64,000 nucleotides of DNA, taken from Eledone cirrhosa (Eukaryota). The position numbers and the translations under genes were made by a program. How positions within the stretch are numbered: position 1 is the first letter of the stretch; every line of letters begins with the position of its first letter. The notes below the pieces were generated by a model, which saw only the letters and a program-made list of their open reading frames with translations, had not been told where the DNA came from and did not search any database. Of this stretch, positions 38,372 through 52,408 are shown one piece after another. Location: NCBI GenBank assembly GCA_964016885.1, contig OZ024743.1:365862001-365926000 (forward strand), written 5' to 3'.

Positions 38372-38585
38372 GTTGTTTTTTGTTTAAAATGAATATTGGG
38401 TACAAAACCCCAATAACTGGTTATTTAGCCCCGAAGGGCCAAATAACGGACAGAAAGACCCCTCTCACGAGGAGGAGGGTGTCTTTATCAACAATTTGGT
38501 TCAAGTTTTAAACAATTTACAATTGTTTTAACGGTTAAAAATTACTATACCTTACAGAGCCGAGCCTCCGTCAACCATGGCATTC

Positions 38586-38627
<42 letters not shown>

Positions 38628-39817
38628 GGGACAATTCACGGCTGTATAGAATGAAATGATTCAGCAATCAGCAATGCCATTACTTATCTACATTAAGAGA
38701 TTATCATTATGGTTAGATATTTTAGTTCGGCACTATAAACCACCAAATCTTATCTCTCATCAGTTTCCCGTTCATTTCACATCTTTTCATCCATCGAATC
38801 AATATTCTTATATTTATTATATTATATTTTTCATTTATTTTCTATATACGTACATATAAATGTGTGTATATGTATGTTTGTATGTGTATATGTGTATGTG
38901 TGTGTGTGTGCATAATATTTTTCGTATCACTTTTTGTATCATACCATTTTCCCTTCTATTGCCTTCCATCTAGTTGACTAGTTTGCTTTTGTTTTTCTCG
39001 ATGTAGAAGTAATTGTTCCTTGTGTAAAAAGTTAACGTTCGAATCTATTTATCATTTTTAGTTCCGTACTGAGTTTATAAAAATTGTTGTTTTTCTTCTT
39101 TTAATTTTTATTAATTTTCAATGTAAATCTTAACTATAATAAAGAAAGGAGTACGGGACTGCGTTCAGAATATATTTTTTTTATCCCGTTTGTAAAATAA
39201 GTTGGATTACTTTGAATAAATAATGAATGAATATTACATAATTTATGTACTAAATTTCGTAACTCTTGATTAACTATAAATAATTTCATTGCTTATTTAA
39301 AGATTCACTTCTTTAAAATTTTCAAATATTAACACTTCCGGTTAGTGTCCGTTATATTATAACACTTATAAAAACATCGCATATATTTCCGTCGCTAATT
39401 TTCTCCTAATGCAGTTTATATATAATATCATCTTTTATAAATTATCATGGATTACTTTACTGATTATATAAGAGAGTGTAACACAGAGTCTCTTCAATTT
39501 CTGTGTATATTGTCAATTACGATTTTATTTGATGTATCATATATACATGTATATATATTTGCATATAATATCAATATTCACACTACACTTGCTAGCAGAA
39601 AACCACACAAAGGGTGGTTTTCTGCTAGTCATAGTGAATGTTCAAATCTATTGTATTCTTTTACCATCATCTGTAAATGAATATTTCAATGTATTTACAT
39701 CTGATCGGCAATTGATAATTGTAGTTATATTAATTAATTAAAGTAAACACTAAGAATGTCAGAGTTATATACAAACCACAGGTGGACAGTGAAAATGAAA
39801 TAAAAGAGACGCGTGAA

Positions 39818-39897
<80 letters not shown>

Positions 39898-40733
39898 ACA
39901 CACACACACACACACACACTTACACACACACACACATACATACACGCACACGCGCGCACATTTATCGATTTATGTATCGTAGATACTCGAGTAATAGTCT
40001 ATCTCATGTAAGAGTCCACCCTATTTTTGATTTTTAAAAATCTGAGATTTTCCAAAACCTCGTATAAAAGTGGACCCTAGAATTTCACGAAAAACAGGTC
40101 AACATTTGTGGATTAAGGTACATAGAAATAAACACTGTTACAAAATCGTTATAAATTTAAGGCAAATTTATATTATTGCAAATTCATGCCTGAGACTAAA
40201 CATTTACCCCAACGTGTAACCACCCTGCTGGAGCCTACCCTATAGTATTACGGTGGGTAATGGTATCATGCTAGATATATTATTCATGGTAATATACTGT
40301 AATTATCAGATATAAACTGATTGCATTAAGCTAGTCTGTTAAGTTTAATAGATACAAGTAAAAAAGAAAGTGTAAATATTTATAAGAGCTCCATAGCCTT
40401 GTTTATGATTTTGTTATTTACTAGGCCGTGTGTTTTGATGTATAGAATCAGTAATATTACTGTAATTTATTGCGTTTATATTTTTATTCACTCAGAGATC
40501 AATTGGGCTTCGGCTACTGATACTTATTTTGGATTCTAGCTTGAATTTCAAGCCCCCCCCCCCCCCCAAAAAAAAAGTGGCCATGTAATAAATGAATTTA
40601 ACCTTAAAAATTGTCTAAAAAGTGTTTTTACACGAGTGTATACGGTATGTATGTATGTATGTATATATATGTGTGTATTATGTATATTTGTATGTATCTA
40701 TGTATATCCATACACACATATATACATACGTAC

Positions 40734-40835
<102 letters not shown>

Positions 40836-41756
40836 GTATATATATATATAAATATATATAATTGTATATACGCATGTTTATGAAAAAGGTGAATGCAAAG
40901 AATGGTAAGTGGAAGTTATTTTTGTAACCCATGAACAAACACATACATTTAAGCATATCTTCTGTGTGTATATATATATGTGTGTGTATGTGTGTGTATG
41001 TGTTAATGTGCATGTGTGAATATTTGTGAATGTGTGCGGTTGTGTGTATATATATTTACCATATATTTATTTCCTTTGCATGCAATATTATTTAACTACA
41101 CACTGTATATATGATAATATGGTCACCATAAATGTCGACATATTACAGACTGCGATGGAAAAAAATAGAAAAAGAACGAAAACATATATTCCCCAAAGTT
41201 CATTAAACCTATTTTTGAAAATCTTGCGTATACAGATTAGTTTATTTATAAAACTGTAATGTATAGGACTTTTAAATGTTGAACAATAAACATCGTTTGG
41301 TCACAATTTATATGAATTACAAACATTTGTCAAATCCGCTAAACTGAGACAAATGTGTCTTGTAGCGTGGCTGGCAATGGAGTATGTATAATTTGGTAGG
41401 CATGTGTGTATGGATAGAGAGATAGATGTGCCTAAGTGTAAGTGTACAGTTTAATAGAATATATATATATATATATATTGGCATGTGTTTATGAAAAAGG
41501 TGCATATACATGCATGCATACATACATACATACATACATACATACATACATACATACATACATACATACATACATACATACATACATACATACATACATC
41601 TACCATCTACGTGTTTGTGTAGTGGTGTATATTTTGCACATTTAAAATAGATAAGTGAATGTAAAGTGAGAGTATGTGCGTGTTAGCGTATGTTTATGTG
41701 TATTCGTGTGTGTGAGAGAGAGGGGGAGAGAGAGGGGGGAAAGAGAGAGGGGGGAG

Positions 41757-41790
<34 letters not shown>

Positions 41791-41866
41791 CGAAGGAAAT
41801 GTGGTAAGGAACCAGGTGGACCATAACGCACCAAAGTACTCAATACTTGGGGTAGTAGAGTGGGTA

Positions 41867-42098
<232 letters not shown>

Positions 42099-42179
42099 GC
42101 AGAGGCAAAACACTGTCCTTTACTTTCAACTTTATATTTCAGTTTAGCCATTAGCTTAAATACTAAAATTATGTAGAAT

Positions 42180-42830
42180 GACATGGCTTCTAGCGCTTCA
42201 ATAATATTTGAGAACTATTAAAGAGTGCAACCGAGGAAGAGGAAATTGCTCTCTTATGACTTCCTTAGCGCTTACGGCACTCCTTTAAACCTCGACGCTG
42301 AAAGTAACCTTTTAGGGCTTCCCATCACCTAAGTAATCAGACAACAAAAGGCAAAAGAGGGACCCATTTAAACACAGTATGACGTTGTAAATTACAATTA
42401 TCGGCACCCCTGAATTCACTAAATTCCTTGGATGTGCTGTCCTTTTAATTAAGATTCTGAAATGGCAGTACACTTTGAGGACAATATTTTCCGACATTAA
42501 ATACCAGTTTTCCTGGGCTACACACATTTTTCAGGAATATTCTTCTTTTTGGTTATTTTCAGGTTGTGTTATCCATAGTTTACAATTTACATCGTCAACA
42601 ATATACGTTGATACTTTATTCAGATCCAGACCTGACATCTCTAGTTTATCTAATAACTGGGCTATTCTTCCCACGGCTGATTCATTGTCATCGCTGTAAA
42701 AGTCAAGTAACACATGCTGCACTCCCTTCTCAAAATGAAAATATCTCAGAAGTATTCGGAAATAACATTGTTTCACATTTCTTTGAAGTATCAGTTGCTA
42801 TTGAAAAAAAGTGAACCATGTTCCGCATGC
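42180..42830 (-). pseudogene. Decayed hAT-like transposase fragment
   Basis: ILLRYFHFEKGVQHVLLDFYSDDNESA..LDLNKVSTY..DD.N resembles the hAT catalytic-region pattern; frameshifted. Confidence 0.5.
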
Positions 42831-42945
42831 TTTTGTATATATATATATAGAATATGACGACAGAGTATTTTCACATAGGGCTTTTGTTTTAATGTTAATC
42901 TTCACTATCAGTGAGTCACTATATTTCTTCATCATTATTATATGT

Positions 42946-43182
42946 TATTGCTGGCCTTGTGCCTAAAGTAGAAACAATTATTATATGTAAGGGCCGTGAA
43001 TTGGCAGTATCGGTAGAGGGTTGGACGCCATGCTTTGACGCATAGTTACGTCCCTTTACAGTCTGAGTTCAAATCCCGCCGAGGTTAACTTTGCCTTTCA
43101 TCCTTACGGGGTCGATAAAATAAAGTACCAGTAATGTACTGGGTAATTGCTGGCCTTGTGCCTAAAGTAGAAACAATTATTA
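42946..43182 (+). mobile_element. tRNA-derived SINE preceded by a duplicate of its own 3' tail
   Basis: Matches 241-424; ttgctggccttgtgcctaaagtagaaacaattattat occurs on both sides. Confidence 0.85.
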
Positions 43183-43333
43183 TCTGTAAGGGCAGGAAAA
43201 TATTGATATTTACATCTTTAAAAATAATGTTCACATTGTTTTAAGTCGATCTGACGTAATTGACAAATTGGCGTCCGTCTCGAGTTTTCGCTAACCTATT
43301 TCCTACAACTACAGACACTAAAATAGTATAGAA

Positions 43334-43479
43334 CTAGCAGAATGGCCTGGCGTTGCTCGGGATTTGCTCTAGGGTTCTTATATATTTGATATATATTTAC
43401 CCTTATCGAGCCTCTGGAAATAAATACGTTTGTTTATATTTTGTTATTGTGTATGCAAAAATATCTGTACACGAATATA

Positions 43480-43539
<60 letters not shown>

Positions 43540-43681
43540 TAACAGATTAAAGTTTAAGCAAAGAATCGCTGCTTTCGCCCTTAACGGGATCTTCTGAAAC
43601 TAAAAAAAACAATCTGTGAACGCAGAAGTAAATATTTCGAAAAACGTTACACACTATATATATATATATACACACTATATA

Positions 43682-43724
<43 letters not shown>

Positions 43725-44011
43725 CGTCATAATGTCGTAATGCAGACAGCCAGACATACAGACATATTATAAGGGCGCAACGTTATTTCTATGTACCTAT
43801 CTAAAAAGAAAGACTAAGAATTATAAAGAGAGATCGCTAAATCGCCTAATGCGGTCCCTAGGGCATGCATTGAAAATTTGAAATATGTTTTGCTCAAAAC
43901 ACTCACAGGAGCATGAGTATTACATGTGTAAAGTTTGAAAACAATCGGTTGGGTGGTTCTCGAGTTTTAGGGAGTCAGACAGACAGACATTCTCTGTTTT
44001 AGATATATAGA
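43334..44011 (-). mobile_element. Non-autonomous Helitron related to 16387-16892
   Basis: Begins ctagcag..cctggcgttgctcggga, shares aaagtttgaaa..aatcggttgg, and ends gtttt.gatatataga. Confidence 0.65.
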
Positions 44012-46078
44012 ATAATGTGCCTTGCATATAAAGAAACACTGACAACTTTTCAAGTCAAAAAAGTAAGCTGTACTTATTCGTTCGACCTACCAGAAATATG
44101 AGTGAAAACATTCTCAAATCCCAAATGAAGAACGCATTGTCTTCGTTGCAATGAGGCTGACAATATGATTTACTCTACTGAGCTGGGAGTAAACAACATC
44201 AAAACCCCATACATGAGCCCCTACATGGCTGCATGACCTGCAAGAAATAGCAAACAAATCTTCCTCGAATCAAATACTATCATATTGTATTACTGTGTCT
44301 GAAAAAGAACATTCTGATCATAAGTTTGCTGTGTCAGCGCTGATCTGAGATTAAACATCAACAGTCGATATTGGACATGAATTCACAAATATGCATGCGA
44401 CAGTGGTATATTAATACTTTCTCGCATTGGCAAGTCCCCGAACAAAATACCTTGTGTTATTCAGTTACGTCCATTTGAGTTCTGAGTTCAAATACCATTG
44501 TTGCCGACTTTGCTTTTTATGAGTACTAGAAAACATTGGGTCGATCTTTTTGTTACGTTACAGTTCACATGCGTGCAGATTATACAAGCTACTTATGAGA
44601 TTGTGCATCATCAGAGCTTCCTGGTGTGATTTTTAATTATAAGAACCCCAGTCCAATCATGTCGCCATTTTTGGCGATAGGAAATGGGATTTGAAATTAG
44701 AATGTATAGAACAGGAAGATTCCGCAAAGTGTTCGACGCTTTAACAATTACACTAATTCTCCACCCTGAACTGGTATTTGATTTATCGACCTTGAAACGA
44801 TGAAAGACGAAACTGGCCAATGTGAGATTTGAACCCAGAGTGGAAACAACCAGAATAACTAAAGCTAGGTATTTAGAGCCTAAACGATTAAAGCGACTCT
44901 AACCTTCTAAATTTGAGGTGTATTGTTAAAAATCAATATTACTTTATACACTGGGCCTTACTGCCTCAATTAGACACACAGAGAGGCATAGAGCCATAGA
45001 GACAGACATTTTCACTATTTAGTTAGAAATGGAAGGACGGTGCTCATGACATTTCATGGCCTCTAGGAAAGGAAGGTATCTGCAAACAGGAAACCTGCCG
45101 GAATTCTTACAACAAAGTGAATTCCACTAAAGGCACCCATCAGTTAGGTGGTTGATGTTAAACCGGGTGATATATTAAATCTCCCATTAAAGTAGGCGAC
45201 GATAGGATTTGAGCTCAGAATCGAAAGAATCGAAAGAAGTAGCGCAAGGAATCCCATCCGGCCTTCTAGCAATGTCACCAATTTGTTGCACTGGACCGGT
45301 AATTTATTTTATCCAACCCCAAAAAGTTAAATAGACAAAGTTGACTTCTGTGGAATTTGAACTCAGAGCAGAGAACCAAAGAAAGAAAACACTAATAACT
45401 CACTTGATCCGACGCCATAACGATTTAAATCTACGGTAAACTTATTCCAAATCTGAGGACTTGGGGCTGTGTCAAAACTCAATCTTAATTGTTATAGTGA
45501 ACTTTTGAAATTCCACTTGACACACGGACAGAGATAAAGGCATGAAGACAGAAACAGACAGAAAGACAGACAAACTGGCAGAAACAGAGAAAGACAGATG
45601 AGTAGACAGGCGGACATGCTTAACAAGGCAAGTGAAATCTCAAAATAGAATAAAGAATATGTTGCACATATAGGACTTATTATTAAATACCCGAGTGTAA
45701 AATATAAATAACTAGCAGTATCCGGGAGGGTCCTGTTTATTTAAAATATTCTTTAATTTGATATAATAGATTCATGCCGAGGACAACAGAAGTAGTGGTA
45801 AGATTGTGACCAGTTGGTAAGTCGTCAGAAGCTACCAACTGGAATAGGATTTCAATCCCGAGTGGGAGATGCTTCGTGTTTGTCTTTTAGTATTTTCTAT
45901 TTTGTATTTTTGTCCTTTAAAAGAAAATGATGATGATGATGACGATGATAATAATAATATATACAAAAGATTAAATGCTCACAGATGCGTTACTTGTCTG
46001 TCCTTTTTCCTCCCTCTCTTTCTCTTTCGCTCTCTCTCTATGTATATATATATATATATATATATACACACCTACACG

Positions 46079-46191
<113 letters not shown>

Positions 46192-46201
46192 CTACACGCA
46201 C

Positions 46202-46233
<32 letters not shown>

Positions 46234-46258
46234 ATACATATGTAGTAAATAATTCAAG

Positions 46259-46439
46259 TGGATTGGCAGTATCGGTAGAGGGTCGGACGCCATGCTTTCC
46301 AGCATAGTTACGTCCCTTTACGATCTGAGTTCAAATCCCGCCGAGGTTGACTTTGCCTTTCATCCTTACGGGGTCGATAAAATAAAGTACCAGTAATGAA
46401 CTGGGTAATTGCTGGCCTTGTGCCTAAAGTAGAAACAAA
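46259..46439 (+). mobile_element. tRNA-derived SINE
   Basis: Matches 241-424. Confidence 0.85.
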
Positions 46440-46741
46440 TATAGATTTCAATATGAAAATGTAAAGTCTAGTAATTTAATTCAAATGCTGGATCAACCAC
46501 CGATTTCATTAAAACTTTTAGTTTCACCGTCTCTGTTAAACTGACAGTAATAATGAAATCGGTGGTAAACCTAGCAATCATTAGGTCCCGAATCCAATTC
46601 GACTACGTGACATTTTCGGTGGGCAAACTTTTATTTACCATAGCTTCGGACCGACCCATGCTTTGTAAGTGAATTTACCTGAAATTCAAAGGATAAGTTT
46701 CCTCACATGCTGCATCACATTGAGACCCTCGGAGATCAGTG

Positions 46742-46778
<37 letters not shown>

Positions 46779-47389
46779 ACACACACACACATACACACAC
46801 ATACACGCACACACACACACACACATACACAGACATATATATATATGTGTGTGTATACTTGCATGTATATATATGTGTGTGTGTATGTGTATGCTGCATC
46901 TCCATAGCTGCAGTCTAATGACTGAAGCCAATAAATAAAATACAATAAATGTGAAAACGAAGAATAAAAAGAAAGTTGTCAATACGAGTTAAAGAGTTTT
47001 ATTTTATATATTGAAAGCTGAAAACTTCACTAACCCTTACTCTAAGTTTTAAGCGTTAGTTCGTGCGTGTGTGCGATGGGGGGGGGGGGGGTGCATGCGT
47101 ATGTTTGTATACGTATGTGCCTATGTGGAGAATTAATGGTAATTGTTTTTCTCCCATTAGTTTTCAGTTCTGTATTAAAAGAATGATATCCTCGTGGGAC
47201 TAATATATATCTAGGAAATATATGTATTGTTCTCCTGCCTTTTAGTTTGTTCGATCAGAGACTGACTTGGATGATAAATGAACCGCAACAGTACCACCAA
47301 CAATAATATCAATAAATGTTATTTTTAAAAAACATTCAGTGGTAAACAACAAACAGAAAACTTGATATAATTAAAGTGATAAAGGGCGG

Positions 47390-47571
47390 TGAATTGGCAG
47401 TATCGGTAGAGGGTCGGACATGCTTTCCAGCATAGTTACGTCCCTTTACGATCTGTGTTCAAATCCTGCCGAGGTTAACTTTTCCTTTCATCTTTACGGG
47501 GTCGATAAAATAAAGTACCAGTAATGTACTGGATAATTGCTGGCCTTGTGCCTAAAATAGAAACAATAATT
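47390..47571 (+). mobile_element. tRNA-derived SINE
   Basis: Matches 241-424. Confidence 0.85.
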
Positions 47572-48348
47572 AAAGTGATAAACTACTAATCTGGGATACG
47601 ACATGCAATGATATTTTCTCCTGCGTCAACCTGGAGGAATCGACATTAACAACTGTTTAAGATCTCTAAAGAGATAAAAGATTTTTTTGAATAAAGGAAC
47701 TTCGGGTGGAACAGACCGGATATGATATGCTTTTGTCTGGTTTGCGAGCACTTTATACATTCACTATTCTCTGAGTTGAGATAATTAGTGTCACTTCCTC
47801 ATTAAGTGGTAATCTAGGAAATGATCGGTCAACTAGGAAATGGTCACTCTCTATGACTGGCTGGCGGCTAATATAATTAGGACTGGTCACCATTAACTGG
47901 TCAGTAACACATCGGAGGATGATTAGCCAAAGTATATACGCGAAAAAAAGCCCGCGTTTTAACATAGTCATAGGAACATAAGGAGATCACACAAATATAA
48001 ATGAGGTTACCAGTATATAGAGGTCACATATTATAAACTAGGTCAACAGTATTAATGAGGTCACCTTTATAAAGAGGCCACACAGGAAAGAGCAAACAGT
48101 TGGCTGAGGCGTTAGGACTGTTGATTTACAAATAGAATGTTATTTGAGCTTCAAATCTAGCGACTACATAAAGGTTCCCTCGTTGGCTCACGTATGGCAC
48201 TACGTTGGCCTACGTTCGAATATTCTCATAATCAAATGTCCAACAAAGTAGAATTTCTATGAATGGAAAGTGAGATGATAAAACAGCTGACATTTGTGAA
48301 ATTTAGGATGAGCTTCCATATCCCAGGACAGAGTTTTATTTTATGAAA

Positions 48349-48529
48349 ATAATTGTTTCTATTTTAGGCACAAGGCCAGCAATTACCCAGTACTGGTACT
48401 TTACTTTATCGACCCCGTAAGGATGAAAAGCAAAGTTAACCTCGGCGGGATTTGAACTCAGATCATAAAGGGACGTAACTCTATGCGTCAAAGCATGGCG
48501 TCCGACCCTCTACCGATACTGCCAATCCA
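48349..48529 (-). mobile_element. tRNA-derived SINE (reverse)
   Basis: Reverse-complement match to 241-424. Confidence 0.85.
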
Positions 48530-50118
48530 TATGAAAATAATGAATTACATCCAATATCTGGGTTCGACAATGTGTAATTCAGTTGTTCGATCAACAGGAG
48601 TGCATGTTCATGAAATTAACGTGCACGTTGTTGAGCATTCTACAAGCACGTGCACCCTGGGCATAATTCTAAGGCAGAACATCGTGAAACAGTGTGTGAA
48701 TTATAGGAAGTCCACCCGACAGCTTCCAAACAGTCAACTCAGTTTTACTCATACGGCTTGGGTCAAAGTAAATGGTACTTTCTCTATATGCCATGCAATG
48801 GGATCAAGCTAGGAACTTCATGATTGTAAAGTGTACTTATTTAACATTCTTCTATGCTTCCACCCAACAGTCAAAACCATTTTGTACAAGATTTAACCGA
48901 GTATGCGCAAATGTATAAATAAACACGCTGACATATAAATATATCTTTTTTTATATGTTTCCTCGTGGGCTGAAAGAAACAGTGAACGACCTAATTCGTG
49001 TTTCATCTCTAATTGGAGTCATCTTTAGAAACCGTGTACACCTTTCTCTTCATAGACAAATATGCTCATAAGGATTTTCATTTGATGTCAATGCAAAATG
49101 GATAGAATTCATCCCAGTAGCTGTCTGGCACTTACTAATTATTTATTATTTTGTATACCATTAAGGAATATGCATGTTGGCCCTCACAGAATTTTTGCAT
49201 AGAAAATTTTAAAAAACGCTGATTCTAAATAGAGTAAATCAGATCTTCCCAAATTTATTTTATCGCTGCTCCCAAAACTATATCTTACAGACAATTCCCA
49301 CAACCCTACTTTATTAAATGAAACAAAGTGGAAGAAAGTTATATAAAATTTTGTTAAAAATATCTTATCATGCAGAATCCATGAAATATTATGGCGGAAA
49401 TTACTTTTTGAAATACTGCTGGAAAGAATTCAACCGATAAGTGAGTTTCTACGTGGTTGTTGAACCTGCTCGAAATATAAGTCAAATCTCCCTCCAATGA
49501 ATAGTACATTGAAGGCTTACCAGAGACTAAGCATCAACAGCAACAGTAAAGTGATTAGTCCGGCAGATCTTTACTGATTTTTCCACTTCCCTTCTCCACC
49601 TATTGACCAATTAACTACTTGTTTGATGATTAGCCAGGAGATTATCTATTACCAGTATATAACACTAATATTAAATTTTAAACTATAACATGTTAACTTT
49701 GAAATGTATAGAATAAAAATAATCCTTAACTTATCATAAATGGGAAATATGGAGATTGTCACATACATTCAAGATGGCCACCATCAAAGAATTACAAAGA
49801 TTACAATGGCTTCCTTTTTGCAGAATGAAACGTAAAATCCTTAAAAAAGCTCTATCAGTGTTGCAACTTGATCTGGCATATAGTCGGAATAAATTGAAGA
49901 GATAAGGTTTCAGCTTATGATTACTACTAATATTAGGTTGTGTGATGTAGTGGGGAGATTATGACACAAGCAATAGAGATGAAATATTTAGCTGCCGTTT
50001 TTATCTAATATTAAAGTTATCATAGAATTATATTTGTAATAATGTCAGAACACGCAAGGAAGTATCTCATGTTAATACACACACACACAAACACACACGC
50101 ACATATATATATATGTGT

Positions 50119-50156
<38 letters not shown>

Positions 50157-50267
50157 CTGTGTGCGTGTATCTGTGTGCGTGTGTGCGTGTATATACATAT
50201 ATACATACATACATATAAATATATGATATACCTAAGTGTATATCTATATCTATATCGCCCCCCCCCC

Positions 50268-50301
<34 letters not shown>

Positions 50302-50400
50302 TTATTATATATATATATATATATATAATGGGTAGAGATCCCATTCGGTTAGGAATGACAATGGAATTTGCACGTTCCAACCACTGAACCATGTACATTC

Positions 50401-50509
<109 letters not shown>

Positions 50510-50623
50510 GGATATATGAGAGAGATTAACACAGATATAAGTATACATGTGTTCCAATTGCAAATGACCAAGTTAGCTACGTTGAAAACAGTCTATTTTG
50601 AGTTTCTAACTCAATCTATGATA

Positions 50624-50693
<70 letters not shown>

Positions 50694-50751
50694 TAAGTTA
50701 TTCCGAGTTGAATCGGAGGTAACCACAGTAAGTAAGGTACAGAGTATAAAA

Positions 50752-51107
50752 GTTTTAATATAGATGAGATTCTACAGGACTAGAACTGTTTCATTCTTTA
50801 GCAAGCATCGGGAATCTGACTTTCCAAAAATAAATGTTGTGGTATTTATATCTTTTCAGGTGGTAGGAGAGGGTGGGGAGTGGGATGGGTGGAGGTCATT
50901 GGTTGAAAGGAAAGGGAATTCATTAAAAGCTAATTCTTTAAAGCTATAATTTATATTTAGAGTGACAAAGGCAGAAAGAATTCTATAAACAGGTTCAGAA
51001 TGGGGTGCCACTCCTTTTTTTAAGTTTCTCTTAAGCTAACAATGCCTATATTTCAGGTGTCTATAAGATCGTTGGGGGTCAGTCATGGTTGACGGATTTA
51101 AAGAAAA
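50752..51107 (+). repeat. ~355-bp dispersed repeat, inverted partner at 58197-58554
   Basis: ORF-track peptides 50764+ and 58356- are nearly identical; the nucleotide match is visible. Confidence 0.85.
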
Positions 51108-51254
51108 GGGAAATTCGTTAAAAGCTAATTCTTTAAAGCTCTACTTAGAGTGACAAAGGCCAAGAGAATTCTATAAACCAGTTCAAAATATTGGGTCTCT
51201 ATCATTATTGTCATATTTCTCTTAAGCTATATTCCAGGTGTCAACAGACACATT

Positions 51255-51293
<39 letters not shown>

Positions 51294-51329
51294 GGAAAGA
51301 TTTGAATGGATAGTTTAGTTGAAAGGAAT

Positions 51330-51450
51330 TTATTGACACGTGTTTCTATAACAGTTACATAACCTGAAAACAGCTGCTATCTACAAAGTATTAGTTATGC
51401 AGACATTCAATATTTCAATGTTATTATTTACTGTCATTTCATCAGAATAA
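51330..51450 (-). ncRNA. Type I hammerhead ribozyme with expanded loop II
   Basis: ttatt-CTGATGA-A-ATGACAGT-[~74 nt]-ACTGTTAT-A-GAAA-CACGTG-TC-aataa. 5-bp stem I, 8-bp stem II, palindromic stem III, GUC site. Confidence 0.7.
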
Positions 51451-52003
51451 TATTATTGAGGACCTGTTTGGTTTTTATAGAGAATATTAGGAGGGAGGGG
51501 TGAAGTTGTTAGAAGAATAGTTGAGGGAGTGGTTTTTTGATAGCAGTGAGAATTTTTGGTGGCAGTGAGTAATTAAATTCCCATCTGTTGTTTTGACATT
51601 TTTATAGAATATATTATTGGTTATTTTTCTAAATCTATAGAAGGATTAGAGATAGTAAAGATATGCGTGGTTGGTTTTGTGTTTGCACTTAATTAACATT
51701 CAGACTTAAATTTTTCTTTCAATTGTACGTATCCTTTCACCCACGCATTCACACACAAACATATTTGCACACCTCTACAAAATACATATACTCACATTCA
51801 CATAGTAACATGTTCATACTTACATACATATACACATGCATACATATATATATACACACATGTATTCATGTACATACATACGCGTTCATGTGTATACATT
51901 TTTATACTCAACTTATCTTTATATACACACGTATAGACACACACATATATACATACATACTCTAGTCTATGTGTATATATATATACATATACACATACAC
52001 ATC

Positions 52004-52129
<126 letters not shown>

Positions 52130-52408
52130 AGCACTTTAATACATGAATACACTTACATCTAACTATACACATCAAACATATATATATATTTACTTATTTA
52201 TATACATTTTCACATATATATACATACTTATGGTCGCTTTTAGACACATTCATTATCGCATTTTTGCACCTATTCTCATCAGCATATCTTTCCATTATTA
52301 GTGTGGTAATTTGAGGTTACTAATATAACATATATATGTTGAGAAGAGATTGTTTTTATATTTTTCTAACTAGATTGAGGTTTATATAGTTGGGGGGATG
52401 TCCCTCTT

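Larger units (their letters stand above)
32558..38585 (-). mobile_element. Full-length Tx1-clade LINE, copy 2 (tandem, offset 6067 bp)
   Basis: Colinear with 26491-32518, separated from it by 13 AAT units and followed by (AAT)n. Confidence 0.92.

Noticed and set aside
46660-47720. Possible host exons on the minus strand (donor-like caggtaaat, acceptor-like tctctttag)
   Set aside because: No open, recognisable coding frame; needs RNA-seq.
47980-48090. ~21-bp degenerate periodic aggtcac repeat as a CRISPR-like array
   Set aside because: Degenerate minisatellite in eukaryotic DNA with no repeat-spacer structure and no cas genes.
52262-52290. CTGATGAG just downstream of the Naiad stop as a hammerhead
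   Set aside because: No matching GAAA-stem III-UH half was found.
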